A stretch of DNA of 64,000 bases from Bryobacterales bacterium (lineage in GTDB: Bacteria; Acidobacteriota; Terriglobia; Bryobacterales; UBA6623): positions 1,672,884-1,736,883 of the forward strand of contig CBDBKU010000003.1 of NCBI GenBank assembly GCA_965206775.1, read 5' to 3'. A model generated the notes under the pieces. The model searched no databases. It was not told the DNA's origin and worked only from the letters and a program-made list of their open reading frames with translations. The position numbers were made by a program, and so were the translations under genes. Of the stretch, positions 10,054 to 19,449 are shown one piece after another. Position 1 is the stretch's first letter. The number at the start of each line of letters is the position of its first letter.

Positions 10054-10503
10054 ATGACTTCCGCGCACGGGCAGGGGGCAGCCGGCAGCCGGCCAATACT
10101 GGGAGTAGGAGGCTTGGTGTTCGACCGGGGCCGCGTGCTGCTCGTCAAGCGCGGCGCGCACCCGGCAAAAGGGTACTGGTCGATACCGGGAGGCAAGCTC
10201 CGAGGCGGTGAGACACTGGCGGAAGCAGTCGAGAGGGAATTGTTCGAAGAGACTGGCCTTCGAGTGCAGGTCGGTGCGCTCGTGGAAGTGTACGAGCGGC
10301 TGCCGCGCCCGGGAGCGGGCGGGGACGACGCTCACTTCGTCGTGCTGGACTATCTCTGCGAGGCGACCGGCGGCTTGCTGCGTGCGGGAGACGATGCAGA
10401 CGAGGCGCGATGGTTCTCCGTTGAGGCCCTGGAGGGCTTGCATCTGACGGCGGGGGCGGCTGGGGTTGTTCGCAAGGGGCTCCGCGTCAAGAGCAGGCAG
10501 TAG
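10054..10503 (+). CDS. NUDIX hydrolase
   Basis: 149 aa with the Nudix box GGKLRGGETLAEAVERELFEETGL. Confidence 0.85.
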   Translation: MTSAHGQGAAGSRPILGVGGLVFDRGRVLLVKRGAHPAKGYWSIPGGKLRGGETLAEAVERELFEETGLRVQVGALVEVYERLPRPGAGGDDAHFVVLDYLCEATGGLLRAGDDADEARWFSVEALEGLHLTAGAAGVVRKGLRVKSRQ

Positions 10504-10520
10504 AACACCACGAAGGCGAA

Positions 10521-12959
10521 ATGCTCTCGAATCCGTACGAGGCGCTGGAATTCGACAAAGTGGCGGCCCTGCTGCGCCGCTACACGGTCAGTCCGCTAGG
10601 CTCGGCCCGCATCGACCGTCTGGTTGCCGAGCCTCGTCTGGCTTCTCCACGCGTCGCTGACGACGAGCTTTCGGCGGTCGAGGAGGCTGTTGGGTGGCTG
10701 CAGGCGGCCGACCGCCAGGACCGGCGCGACATGCCCGCCGTGCCGAGGTTCGACGGAATCGAGGACGTCCGCGAAGCGGTGCGGCGGCTTTCGATGGAAG
10801 GGATTGTGCTCGACGCTCCGGAAGTCCGTGGCATCCTCGAGCTGCTGCACGCTGCCCAGGGCTATCGAATCGCACTGCTCAAGGACCGAGCCGGAATGCC
10901 CGGCCTGCATGCGCGCGGCGAGGGAATCCCCGACCTGCGCCTGCTGTCATCGGAACTGGCAGGCAAGATCCTGCCGAACGACGAGATTTCGAACTTGGCC
11001 AGCACCGCCCTGTCGAAGATCCGGCGCCATATCGAGAAGCAACGGCAGGTGGTCGAGACCTCGCTGGAAAGGTTCGTCAGGAAGCACTCAGACTCTGGCG
11101 CCTTGCAGGACAAGTACGTCACGATGCGCAACGGGCGCACGGTTGTGCCAGTCAAGGCGCAATGGAAGGCCCGAGTCGACGGCATCGTGCACGGCGCGAG
11201 CGCGAGCGGCCAGACGGTCTTCGTCGAGCCCCTCGACACCATCGTGCAGAACAACCGGCTCGTGCGGCTTCGCGAGGACGAGCAGGCCGAGATTCTGCGC
11301 ATCCTGCGCGAGATGAGTGCACGCCTCCGCTCGGAGCGACACGCGATATCGGTAACGGTCCGGGCGGTAGGCGAGCTCGAATACGTATTCGCCCGGGCGC
11401 GCTTCTGGCGGGCGTTCGACTGCTGCCGGCCCCGTTTCCGGGCCCCCGCCGAGGGGTGGGTCGCGATCGAGGAGGCTCGGCATCCCCTGTTGCAGGCCCT
11501 GCTGGAGGAACGTAGCCGCCGCCCCGTGCCGATGAGCATCCGATTGGACGGTGACTGTCGGACGATGATCGTGAGCGGCCCGAACGCGGGGGGCAAGACT
11601 GTCGTGCTCAAAACGGTCGGCGTGCTGGCCGCCATGGCGCAGGGAGGGATCCCGGTCCCCGCCGAAAGCGCCAACTTCCCCTGGTTTGACGGAATCCTGG
11701 CCGACATCGGCGACGCACAGTCGATCAGCGAGAGCCTGAGCACGTTCTCCGCTCACGTATCCAAGCTCACCGCGATCCTGGAACGAGCGTCGAGCGAGAG
11801 CTTGGTGGTTCTTGACGAGCTCGGCACCGCGACGGATCCGGAGGAGGGCGGGGCACTTGCCGTCGCGGTCGTGGAGCGATTGCAGGAAGCCGGCGGCTTT
11901 GCGATTGTCTCGACGCACCTGCCGGAACTCAAGATGTTCGCGTCGGGGGCGCCTGGCGTGGTCAGCGCATCGATGGGATTCGACGACGCGACTCTCAGCG
12001 TCACATACCGGTTGCAAAGCGGAATTCCCGGGCGGTCCGCCGGCCTCGAGATGGCCGAGCGGTTCGGCATGCCGGCGGAGGTGATCCGACGGGCTCGCAG
12101 CCTCAGAGGTCGCGCTGGCGACCAAGCCGCGCAATTCCTCGCGGATCTCCGAAAGCAGGCTGCGGAGTACGAGGGTCTTGCGAGAGAGGCGCGCGCGCGC
12201 AACCGGGAACTCGAAGCGCGCAAGCAGGAGCTCGAGCAGCAGTCCTCTGATCGAGCCCGCGCGCTCCGCGAGGAAGCCGATGCTCGGATCGAGAAGCTGG
12301 TCCGGAAGCTCGAAAAACGATTCCAGCTGGCCGTAGATGCGGCTGTCAAGAAGATTCAGTCGACCTCCGGCAAAGTGGACCGCTCGTTGAACCGAAAGGC
12401 TGCCCAGTCGCTCGGTGGATTCCGCAGGGCCGTGCGCGGAGACGTGTCATCCACGCTCGGGGATAGCGTTGCCGGGAATCTAGGCGATGTCGGCGACCAG
12501 TTCTCCGTCGGCGACAGGGTCCGCCTGCATTCCATGGGCGCTTCGGGCGAGATCGTGAGCAAGCTGGACGCCGGCCGCTGGGAGGTTCAGGCCGGCACGA
12601 TGCGCTTCCAGGTTTCGGACAGCGAGATTTCCTTGGCGGACGACCAGAGCGAGGGGCCGGTGCGGCTTCCAGCTGGAATCCGGCTGGAAACCTCATCCGA
12701 TCACGGCGACCTACCCTCCGAAATCAATGTCATCGGAATGACCGCTGACGAGGCGCTGCTGGACGTGGACAAGTTTCTGGACCGCGCGGTGCTGGCGAAC
12801 CGGTCGCGCCTGCGGGTTGTCCATGGTTTCGGCAAGAACGTCCTGAGGCGGGAGCTATGGCAGATGTTCGCGAGCCACGTGCATGTCGCGAAGTACTACC
12901 AAGCCGAGCAGCAAGACGGCGGCGCCGGGGTCACGATCGTCGAGGTCAGCGACAACTGA
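10521..12959 (+). CDS. mutS2: Endonuclease MutS2 (MutS domain V ATPase plus C-terminal Smr domain)
   Basis: 812 aa with Walker A GPNAGGKT and the motif VLDELGTATDPEEG. It has a coiled-coil middle region and a C-terminal Smr domain (LRVVHGFGKNVLR). Confidence 0.9.
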   Translation: MLSNPYEALEFDKVAALLRRYTVSPLGSARIDRLVAEPRLASPRVADDELSAVEEAVGWLQAADRQDRRDMPAVPRFDGIEDVREAVRRLSMEGIVLDAPEVRGILELLHAAQGYRIALLKDRAGMPGLHARGEGIPDLRLLSSELAGKILPNDEISNLASTALSKIRRHIEKQRQVVETSLERFVRKHSDSGALQDKYVTMRNGRTVVPVKAQWKARVDGIVHGASASGQTVFVEPLDTIVQNNRLVRLREDEQAEILRILREMSARLRSERHAISVTVRAVGELEYVFARARFWRAFDCCRPRFRAPAEGWVAIEEARHPLLQALLEERSRRPVPMSIRLDGDCRTMIVSGPNAGGKTVVLKTVGVLAAMAQGGIPVPAESANFPWFDGILADIGDAQSISESLSTFSAHVSKLTAILERASSESLVVLDELGTATDPEEGGALAVAVVERLQEAGGFAIVSTHLPELKMFASGAPGVVSASMGFDDATLSVTYRLQSGIPGRSAGLEMAERFGMPAEVIRRARSLRGRAGDQAAQFLADLRKQAAEYEGLAREARARNRELEARKQELEQQSSDRARALREEADARIEKLVRKLEKRFQLAVDAAVKKIQSTSGKVDRSLNRKAAQSLGGFRRAVRGDVSSTLGDSVAGNLGDVGDQFSVGDRVRLHSMGASGEIVSKLDAGRWEVQAGTMRFQVSDSEISLADDQSEGPVRLPAGIRLETSSDHGDLPSEINVIGMTADEALLDVDKFLDRAVLANRSRLRVVHGFGKNVLRRELWQMFASHVHVAKYYQAEQQDGGAGVTIVEVSDN

Positions 12960-13019
12960 CCGGGGTCGTGCCGCAACGGCCGTGGGTGGTAGAATGGCGT
13001 TTTCAGCGGAAACGCCGCA

Positions 13020-13379
13020 ATGCTCCCTGGCTTCCTCTTACCCGAAACGACCGTAAATGCAAGTGGCTCAGGCGAGCCGTTCGAGATTGGTTCTGGTGGC
13101 GGCACCGCGCTGCTCTCCCTGGGCATCACCGAGATCGTCGAGCAGCAGAGCCTGGACATCGATGTCCTGGGTTCGGTCGACGGCGAGGAATGGCTGGAGC
13201 AGCCGATTCGAACCTTTCCTCAGAAGTTCTACACCGGCGTGTGGCAAGTCCTGTGCGACTTGGACGGCTGCTCCGAAGTCCGCTTTCTGAAGGTCGGCTA
13301 CAAGGTGGCGCGCTGGGGCGTTGGCTCCCTGACGCCAAAGTTCAGGTTCTACGTGTTCGCCGAGCGCTTCGAGGCCTGA
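13020..13379 (+). CDS. Hypothetical small protein (119 aa), no family recognised
   Basis: A clean ORF that fills the mutS2-smpB gap and has a non-repetitive, balanced composition. A TAGAAT -10-like hexamer lies at 12990 and a 7-bp hairpin (GGCGTTT/AAACGCC) lies just upstream of the ATG. Confidence 0.5.
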   Translation: MLPGFLLPETTVNASGSGEPFEIGSGGGTALLSLGITEIVEQQSLDIDVLGSVDGEEWLEQPIRTFPQKFYTGVWQVLCDLDGCSEVRFLKVGYKVARWGVGSLTPKFRFYVFAERFEA

Positions 13380-13386
13380 TAGGGCT

Positions 13387-13860
13387 CTACTTGCGCGTCC
13401 GGCGCCGCTCCACTGCTTCGCGGGCCTCGGATTCCTCGATCGCCTTGCGCTTGGCGTCGCGCTTGTCGTGGAGCTGCTTTCCCTTGGCTAGGGCGATCTC
13501 GCACTTGATCCTTCCGTTTGAGGCGTAGACCCGAGTCGGTATCAGGGTCAGGCCTTTCTGGCGGGTCTTGCCTTGCACGCGGTCGATCTCCTTGCGGTGC
13601 ATGAGCAGCTTGCGAGGGCGCACTGGCTCGGCATTGCCGATCGTGGCGTGGTCGTAGGGGGAGATGTGAGCGTTGTGCAGCCAGATCTCTCCGTTCTTGA
13701 CCGCCGCATACGCGTCCGACAATTGGATCTTGCCGTTGCGGCAGGACTTCACCTCGGCTCCGCTGAGGACTATGCCGGCTTCGAACCGCTCCAGGATCTC
13801 GAAGATCCGCCTCGCCCTGCGGTTGTCGGCGAAGTCGCTGCTTCCCTTGCGCTTGGCCAT
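13387..13860 (-). CDS. smpB: SsrA-binding protein
   Basis: 157 aa with GIVLSGAEVKS, ISPY and a basic C-terminal tail, all canonical SmpB features. Confidence 0.95.
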   Translation of the reverse strand: MAKRKGSSDFADNRRARRIFEILERFEAGIVLSGAEVKSCRNGKIQLSDAYAAVKNGEIWLHNAHISPYDHATIGNAEPVRPRKLLMHRKEIDRVQGKTRQKGLTLIPTRVYASNGRIKCEIALAKGKQLHDKRDAKRKAIEESEAREAVERRRTRK

Positions 13861-13916
13861 GTCCGTTCCACGGTCGGGAGCGTTCCTTCGTCTTGCATCT
13901 TTAGGCCGTCCCTACG

Positions 13917-16364
13917 ATGCGGATTCGGACTCCCTCTCTCAGCATGCCAGTATCGGGGCGTGGCCTGCGTTGCGCGGCCGTTCTGCTGGTCTTGCCGATG
14001 GTCGTGACTGAAGCCGCGCTGGCAGGCCCGCGGAACGCCAAGAGCCTCTACCGCCAGGGTCAGGCTGCGGAGCATTCGGGCCGTTTTGACGAGGCGTACG
14101 AGAAGTACAGCCTCGCGACAAGCGAGGCGCCGAACGTCCACCGATACACCCTGGCCGAGCGCCGCATGCGGTTCGTTGCCGCGCAGGCGCACGTCGAAAC
14201 CGGGGTGCGCCTGCGCGGGGAAGGGCTGTACGAGGAAGCCCTGGCAGAGTTCGAACGGGCGGTGACGATCGATCCGGCCTCCAGCGTTGCGGTGCAGGAG
14301 CGGCGCAGGACTCTCGGCATGATCGAGGAGCGCGACCAGGCGGCAGGTGGGGCGGCGGGAAGGCCGCCCGAGGCGCTCGAGAGTGCCCTTGAAGCCGAGC
14401 GCCACGAGCGAGGCGTGCGGGTGGGCACCATCACGCCTCCGCCCGACTTGGAGGCGCTATCGAACCAGCCGATCAACCTGATGCTCAACGAGCAGTCAAA
14501 GGTGATATTCGAGACGATCGGCAAGCTCGCCGGGATCAACATGCTGTTCGATCCGGACTACTCGGACCAAGAGATCGAGATCGAAATCCGCAACGCGACC
14601 CTGCCCGAGGCTCTGGACTACGTCAGCCTGCTCGCGAAGGCCTTTTGGAAGCCCCTCACGCACAACGCGGTGCTGGTGACCAACGACAACCCGAACAAGA
14701 GGCGCGAATACGAGGACGAGGTCGTCAAGACGATATACCTCACCAACCTCTCGACACCGCAGGACCTTTCGGAAGTGTCGACCGCGATACGCGGCCTGAC
14801 GGACATTCGGCGGATGTTCACCGTGAACTCGATGAACGCCATCGTGATGCGCGGGAGCCGCCCTAAGATTGCGATTGCCGAGAAGATCGTCCACGACATG
14901 GACAAACCGCGCGCGGAGGTGATCATCGACGTGCTGGTGCTCGAGACCAGCAAGACCAGGAAAAAGACGCTCGGCCTGACCCCGCTGTCCGGAGGCACTA
15001 AGGGCCTGCAGTTCCCGCTGACGTTTACCGGCGCGGCCGAGGCGGCTGCGAGCGGGTCCGTGGGGCTGCCGCTCAACCGGCTTGGCGACGTGGGGGTCGG
15101 AAGCTGGTCGACGTCCCTGCCGGGGTTCATGCTCTCGGCAATCTTCAGCAACTCGGACACGGAACTGCTGCAGTCCCCGCGCATTCGCACGGCGGACAAC
15201 CACCAGGCCGATCTCCGCATCGGCGACCAGGTGCCGATCGCGAGCGGCAGTTTCCAGCCTGGTGTTGGAGGCGTGGGGATCAGCCCATTGGTCAATACGC
15301 AGTTCCAATTCAAGGATGTCGGTGTCAACATTTCGCTGACTCCCAAGATCCACGCCAACCGGGATGTCTCGATGCACGTTGAGATCGAGATTTCCAACGT
15401 CAAGGACGTCGTCGATTTGGGCGGAATCTCCCAGCCGATCATCGGCCAGCGAACGATTCAGCATGACATTCGCGTCCGTGAAGGCGAGGCCAGCGTCATC
15501 GGAGGGCTGAACCAGTCCCAGATCTTCAAGACGAGGGCCGGCGTGCCGTTTCTCGGCGAGCTTCCGATTGTCGGGAGGCTGTTCAGCGAGGAGGATGTCC
15601 AGCGATTGGAGAGCGAGGTGCTGCTGGTGCTCGTGCCGCACATCGTGAGGATGCCCGGAATCGAGGAAAGCAACCTGCGGACCATCGCGACAGGAACCGA
15701 ACAGAAATTCGAGTTGCGGTACGAGCAGGCGGGCAATGGCAAGCCCGCATTCCCTCCGCTGGAGAAGGAATCCCCGGCTCCTGCCGAGCCTGCAGCCCTG
15801 TCCGCACCCGAAGTCCCCGAAGCGCCCGAGGACGCGCCGGCGCCCCAGCCGGGCCCTGGCCGTGCGGAAGCGTCGGCTGCAGAGCCTGACGCTCGGCCGG
15901 CGGAAGCGCCCGCAACCGCCGAGCCCGAAGTGTCGCAGGTGCCGCGGGGTCCGCGCATGTTCCTTGATCCGCCGGCTGCCGAAGTCAGTGTCGGCCAGGA
16001 AGTCACGTTGTCATTGATGGTCGGCGGCGCGGTCGCGCTCGCGGAAATGCCGTTGCGCATCCAGTACGATCGGGAGAAACTGCGACTGACCGGAATCGAG
16101 AAGGGTCCCTTCCTCGCCGGAGCGGATGCCAGCGACATTATCTTCTCGCGAAGCATTCGGCATGCGAACGGACTGGCCGCTGTCACGATTTCGCGTTTTC
16201 GCGGGACCGGCGGCGCAGACGGGCAAGGGGAGCTCGTCACCATGACGTTTGAAGGCCTTGCTGCGGGGCCCGCGCAGCTCCGAGTGTTCGCAACCGGGCC
16301 GCGAGACGGGTCCGGCTCGGCTTTGCGGGTCGATCCCTTGGAAGCGGAGATCGCGGTCGAGTAA
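13917..16364 (+). CDS. Secretin (GspD/PilQ family) with N-terminal TPR-like region and C-terminal cohesin-like domain
   Basis: It has a signal peptide and secretin N-domains. The secretin core reads GVPFLGELPIVGRLFS...LLVLVPHIV. A Pro/Ala-rich linker follows at about 15730-15956. The 135-aa C-terminal module (15957-16361) has a cohesin-like pattern (VSVGQEVTLSLMV...LRIQYDREKLRL...GELVTMTFEG). Confidence 0.85.
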   Translation: MRIRTPSLSMPVSGRGLRCAAVLLVLPMVVTEAALAGPRNAKSLYRQGQAAEHSGRFDEAYEKYSLATSEAPNVHRYTLAERRMRFVAAQAHVETGVRLRGEGLYEEALAEFERAVTIDPASSVAVQERRRTLGMIEERDQAAGGAAGRPPEALESALEAERHERGVRVGTITPPPDLEALSNQPINLMLNEQSKVIFETIGKLAGINMLFDPDYSDQEIEIEIRNATLPEALDYVSLLAKAFWKPLTHNAVLVTNDNPNKRREYEDEVVKTIYLTNLSTPQDLSEVSTAIRGLTDIRRMFTVNSMNAIVMRGSRPKIAIAEKIVHDMDKPRAEVIIDVLVLETSKTRKKTLGLTPLSGGTKGLQFPLTFTGAAEAAASGSVGLPLNRLGDVGVGSWSTSLPGFMLSAIFSNSDTELLQSPRIRTADNHQADLRIGDQVPIASGSFQPGVGGVGISPLVNTQFQFKDVGVNISLTPKIHANRDVSMHVEIEISNVKDVVDLGGISQPIIGQRTIQHDIRVREGEASVIGGLNQSQIFKTRAGVPFLGELPIVGRLFSEEDVQRLESEVLLVLVPHIVRMPGIEESNLRTIATGTEQKFELRYEQAGNGKPAFPPLEKESPAPAEPAALSAPEVPEAPEDAPAPQPGPGRAEASAAEPDARPAEAPATAEPEVSQVPRGPRMFLDPPAAEVSVGQEVTLSLMVGGAVALAEMPLRIQYDREKLRLTGIEKGPFLAGADASDIIFSRSIRHANGLAAVTISRFRGTGGADGQGELVTMTFEGLAAGPAQLRVFATGPRDGSGSALRVDPLEAEIAVE

Positions 16365-16370
16365 GAGGCG

Positions 16371-17111
16371 ATGGCGGAACCGACGAGAGTCTTTCGCGGG
16401 ACGCGTCGAATTGCGAGGCAACTCGCTCCGGGCTCGGGCGAGGCCGGTCTGACGCTAATTGAATTGATCGTGGCCTTCAGCCTGATGCTGATTCTGTCTG
16501 TAATGGCGCTGCCCGTCGCCCGCGTCAAGATTCAGCGGGAGAAGGAACGGCGCCTGCGCTACGCGCTGCACGAGATCCGCAAGGCGATCGACCGCCACAA
16601 GGACATGGCCGACGAGGGCAAGCTCGGCATGCTGGATCCCGACAATCACGGCTATCCGGAAAGCCTCGAGACGATGGTCGAGGGCGTGCGGATGGATCCT
16701 CAGGCCGGGAATCTGGCGCCTGGTGCCGCCGGCATGGGCTCCGGCTTGGGAGGGGGCCAGACGCGAGGCTTGGACACGAGTCGGAACCGTCCGGGGGCCT
16801 TCGGATCGAGTCGTGACTCTCCGGCCGCGTTCGGTTCCGGTCGCGACCGGTCCCGGGACGGGGCATTCGGCGGCCAAGGCGATCGCTTCGGCAGAGATGG
16901 AGATCCGTTCGACCGGGATGACGAAGGGCCGGAGACGATCCGCTTCCTCCGGTCGATTCCGGTCGACCCCATGACCGGCCAGAAGGAATGGGGCATGCTG
17001 TCGATCTCCGACGATCCGCTCGCACGCAGCTGGAGTGGACGCAACGTGTTCGACGTATACTCTCTCAGCGGCGGAATCGCGCTCGACGGCACGCGGTACG
17101 GCGAATGGTAG
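16371..17111 (+). CDS. Type II secretion/type IV pilin-like pseudopilin with internal low-complexity insert
   Basis: It has a prepilin-type N-terminal methylation motif (GLTLIELIVAF) and a GspG-like C-terminus (IPVDP...DGTRYGEW). A disordered G/F/R/D-rich insert of about 77 aa lies at nt 16701-16931. Confidence 0.75.
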   Translation: MAEPTRVFRGTRRIARQLAPGSGEAGLTLIELIVAFSLMLILSVMALPVARVKIQREKERRLRYALHEIRKAIDRHKDMADEGKLGMLDPDNHGYPESLETMVEGVRMDPQAGNLAPGAAGMGSGLGGGQTRGLDTSRNRPGAFGSSRDSPAAFGSGRDRSRDGAFGGQGDRFGRDGDPFDRDDEGPETIRFLRSIPVDPMTGQKEWGMLSISDDPLARSWSGRNVFDVYSLSGGIALDGTRYGEW

Positions 17112-17509
17112 TGGCAGAGCGATCCCGTCGCAAGGCTCGAAACGCGGGCTTCACGCTGTTGGAAATGATGGTCGTGATGACCATCATCGTGACGATCGTG
17201 TCGATCGCGGTTCCTTTCTACTCTTCCGCGATCGTTCGGGCGCGCGAGAGCGTCTTGCGGTCGAACCTCTTGACGATACGATCCGTGATCGACCAGTACA
17301 CCTACGACAAGGAGATCCCCCCGCAGTCGCTCGAGGACCTGGTTAACGAGGGGTACCTTCGGGAAGTGCCGATCGACCCCATCACTAACTCGCGCGATTC
17401 GTGGGACCTGATCGTGGAGACCGGTCCGACAGGGGAGTCCGGCTTGTTCGACGTGCGCAGCGGTTCAGACGAAACATCGCTCGCTGGCACGCCGTACAAC
17501 GAATGGTGA
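17105..17509 (+). CDS. GspG-like pseudopilin
   Basis: The ATG at 17105 overlaps the upstream gene by 7 nt. It has a classical prepilin motif (NAGFTLLEMMVVMTI) and the C-terminus PIDP...AGTPYNEW, paralogous to the preceding gene. Confidence 0.8.
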   Translation: MVVAERSRRKARNAGFTLLEMMVVMTIIVTIVSIAVPFYSSAIVRARESVLRSNLLTIRSVIDQYTYDKEIPPQSLEDLVNEGYLREVPIDPITNSRDSWDLIVETGPTGESGLFDVRSGSDETSLAGTPYNEW

Positions 17510-17554
17510 TTTCGCGAGGAGCCAGGCTTCGAGGGCCAACCTATAATTAGGGTC

Positions 17555-19330
17555 TTGGAAAATTCTATGAGTTCATTCGTAAAGGGTCTCCTCGCGGGCG
17601 TCCTGCTCGTGTTCGTTGTTACGGGACTCCTTGGCGCTGTCGTCGTCCTCGCAGGCCGGAGCGAGCCCGACATACCTTCGGATTCCGCTCTGGTCGTCCG
17701 ACTCGAAGGCGGCATTCCAGAACACATCGATGCGGAGCTGCCTGGATTCTTCTCGGGACGGAGCGATGACTCTGGCACAACACTGTACGGCCTGACGCAG
17801 GCAATTCGCAGGGCAGCCGAAGACGAGAACGTGAAGGCCCTCGTCCTGCGCTGCAACGGATCGGGAGCGGGCTGGGCCAAGGCTCAGGAGGTCCGCTGGG
17901 CGATTCAGGCTTTCAAGGAGTCCGGCAAGCCAGTTTGGGCGTATCTGGCGCTCGCGGGCAGGGAAGGATACTACATCTCCTCCCTGGCAGACCGCGTTGC
18001 GATCCAGCCCGAGAGCTTCCTCAACCTGAGCGGTCTGCGCGCCGAAGTCATGTTCTTCAAGGGTGCGCTCGACAAGCTCGGCGTCCAGGCCGACCTGATT
18101 CGAAGCGGCAAGTACAAGAGCGCCGGAGAGCCGTTTACGCGCGATGAGATGTCGCCAGATTTCCGCGAGGCAATGAACGTGACGCTCGACGAGTTCTACG
18201 GCCAGCTCCTTGATGGAATTGCCAAGGGCCGCGGGCGTGATGCCGAACACTGGAGAGCGATCCTGGACGAAGGGCCCTACACGGTAGCCGAAGCTGAGAC
18301 CCACGGCCTAGTGGACGACGTCATGTACGAAGACGTGTTCTACGAGCAATTGAGCGAGGCCGTCGACGTCGAGGACGTTCACAGAATCGGCGTGGCCCGG
18401 TATGCCGGAAAAGCGGATAGCACGCGCAGCGGCGGCCGGAAGAAGATTGCGATGCTGCACGCGATCGGCAGGATCACGAGCGGGTCCAGCTGGACCGATC
18501 CGTTCAGCGGGCAGCACGAGACCCTGGGCGCGGAGACCTTTGAGTCGCAACTCGAGCGACTGCGCGAAGACGACGATGTCGAGGGCGTGATCCTGCGCAT
18601 CGACTCGCCCGGCGGTGACGCGATTGCCTCGGACCAGATGCTGCACGCCGTTCGCCGGCTTAGCGAGGAAAAGCCGCTCGTCGTCTCGATGTCCACGCTG
18701 GCCGCATCCGGCGGGTACTACATCGCGTCTGTCCCGGACGTGCCGATCGTCGCGTATCCGGGAACCTACACGGGATCGATCGGGGTGTTCACGATCCACT
18801 TCAACTTGCGGAAGCTGTATGACAAGCTTGGAATCAGCAAGGACATTTTGACGAGAGGCCGTTTCGCGGCCGTCGATTCCGACTACAAGTCGATGACTCC
18901 TGCAGAGAGAGAGAAGCTCTCCCGCTACGTGACGGCTATCTACGAAGCGTTCCTGGCGCGGGTTTCCGAAGGCCGGGGAGTCGATGCCAATTCGATCCAC
19001 GAACTGGCTCAGGGGCGCGTTTGGGTCGGCAACCAAGCTTTGGCCAACGGGCTGGTCGACGAACTTGGCGGCTACGACAAGGCCATCGAGTTGGTGAAGG
19101 AAGCAGCCGAGATCGGAGAGGACGAGGCCGTGCAGGTCGTGCATTACCCTCCGCGGCGAACGCTGTTCGAAACGCTGTTCTCGGGAGGCCGTCAAGTCGC
19201 CCTGCGGGAGGTGCTGGAGACTCCGCTGCTCGGTGAGGCCTACAGGACTTGGACCCAAGCCCTGGGCTGGGCCCGGCGGCTTCGCGGAGGTCCGATGTAC
19301 ATGGCGCCATACACGCTGAGCGTCGATTAG
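17555..19330 (+). CDS. sppA: Signal peptide peptidase SppA, 67K type (tandem S49 domains)
   Basis: 591 aa with an N-terminal transmembrane segment and two S49 peptidase repeats. The second repeat carries SMSTLAASGGYYIAS. Confidence 0.85.
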   Translation: MENSMSSFVKGLLAGVLLVFVVTGLLGAVVVLAGRSEPDIPSDSALVVRLEGGIPEHIDAELPGFFSGRSDDSGTTLYGLTQAIRRAAEDENVKALVLRCNGSGAGWAKAQEVRWAIQAFKESGKPVWAYLALAGREGYYISSLADRVAIQPESFLNLSGLRAEVMFFKGALDKLGVQADLIRSGKYKSAGEPFTRDEMSPDFREAMNVTLDEFYGQLLDGIAKGRGRDAEHWRAILDEGPYTVAEAETHGLVDDVMYEDVFYEQLSEAVDVEDVHRIGVARYAGKADSTRSGGRKKIAMLHAIGRITSGSSWTDPFSGQHETLGAETFESQLERLREDDDVEGVILRIDSPGGDAIASDQMLHAVRRLSEEKPLVVSMSTLAASGGYYIASVPDVPIVAYPGTYTGSIGVFTIHFNLRKLYDKLGISKDILTRGRFAAVDSDYKSMTPAEREKLSRYVTAIYEAFLARVSEGRGVDANSIHELAQGRVWVGNQALANGLVDELGGYDKAIELVKEAAEIGEDEAVQVVHYPPRRTLFETLFSGGRQVALREVLETPLLGEAYRTWTQALGWARRLRGGPMYMAPYTLSVD

Positions 19331-19449
19331 CATCCCGCCCGCGGCGTTCCTTGCGCCGAGGGAAATCGGAATCTGTCCCGGGCGATATAATGCCCCAAGT
19401 GCGGCGCGGTGGCTTGCGTCGCTGCGATCGGGTAGACGGGGGTTAGGAA

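Noticed and set aside
13380-13916. A search for tmRNA (ssrA) beside smpB
   Set aside because: The flanking gaps are only 7 bp and 56 bp, and no tRNA-like acceptor or T-arm sequence is present. ssrA must lie elsewhere.
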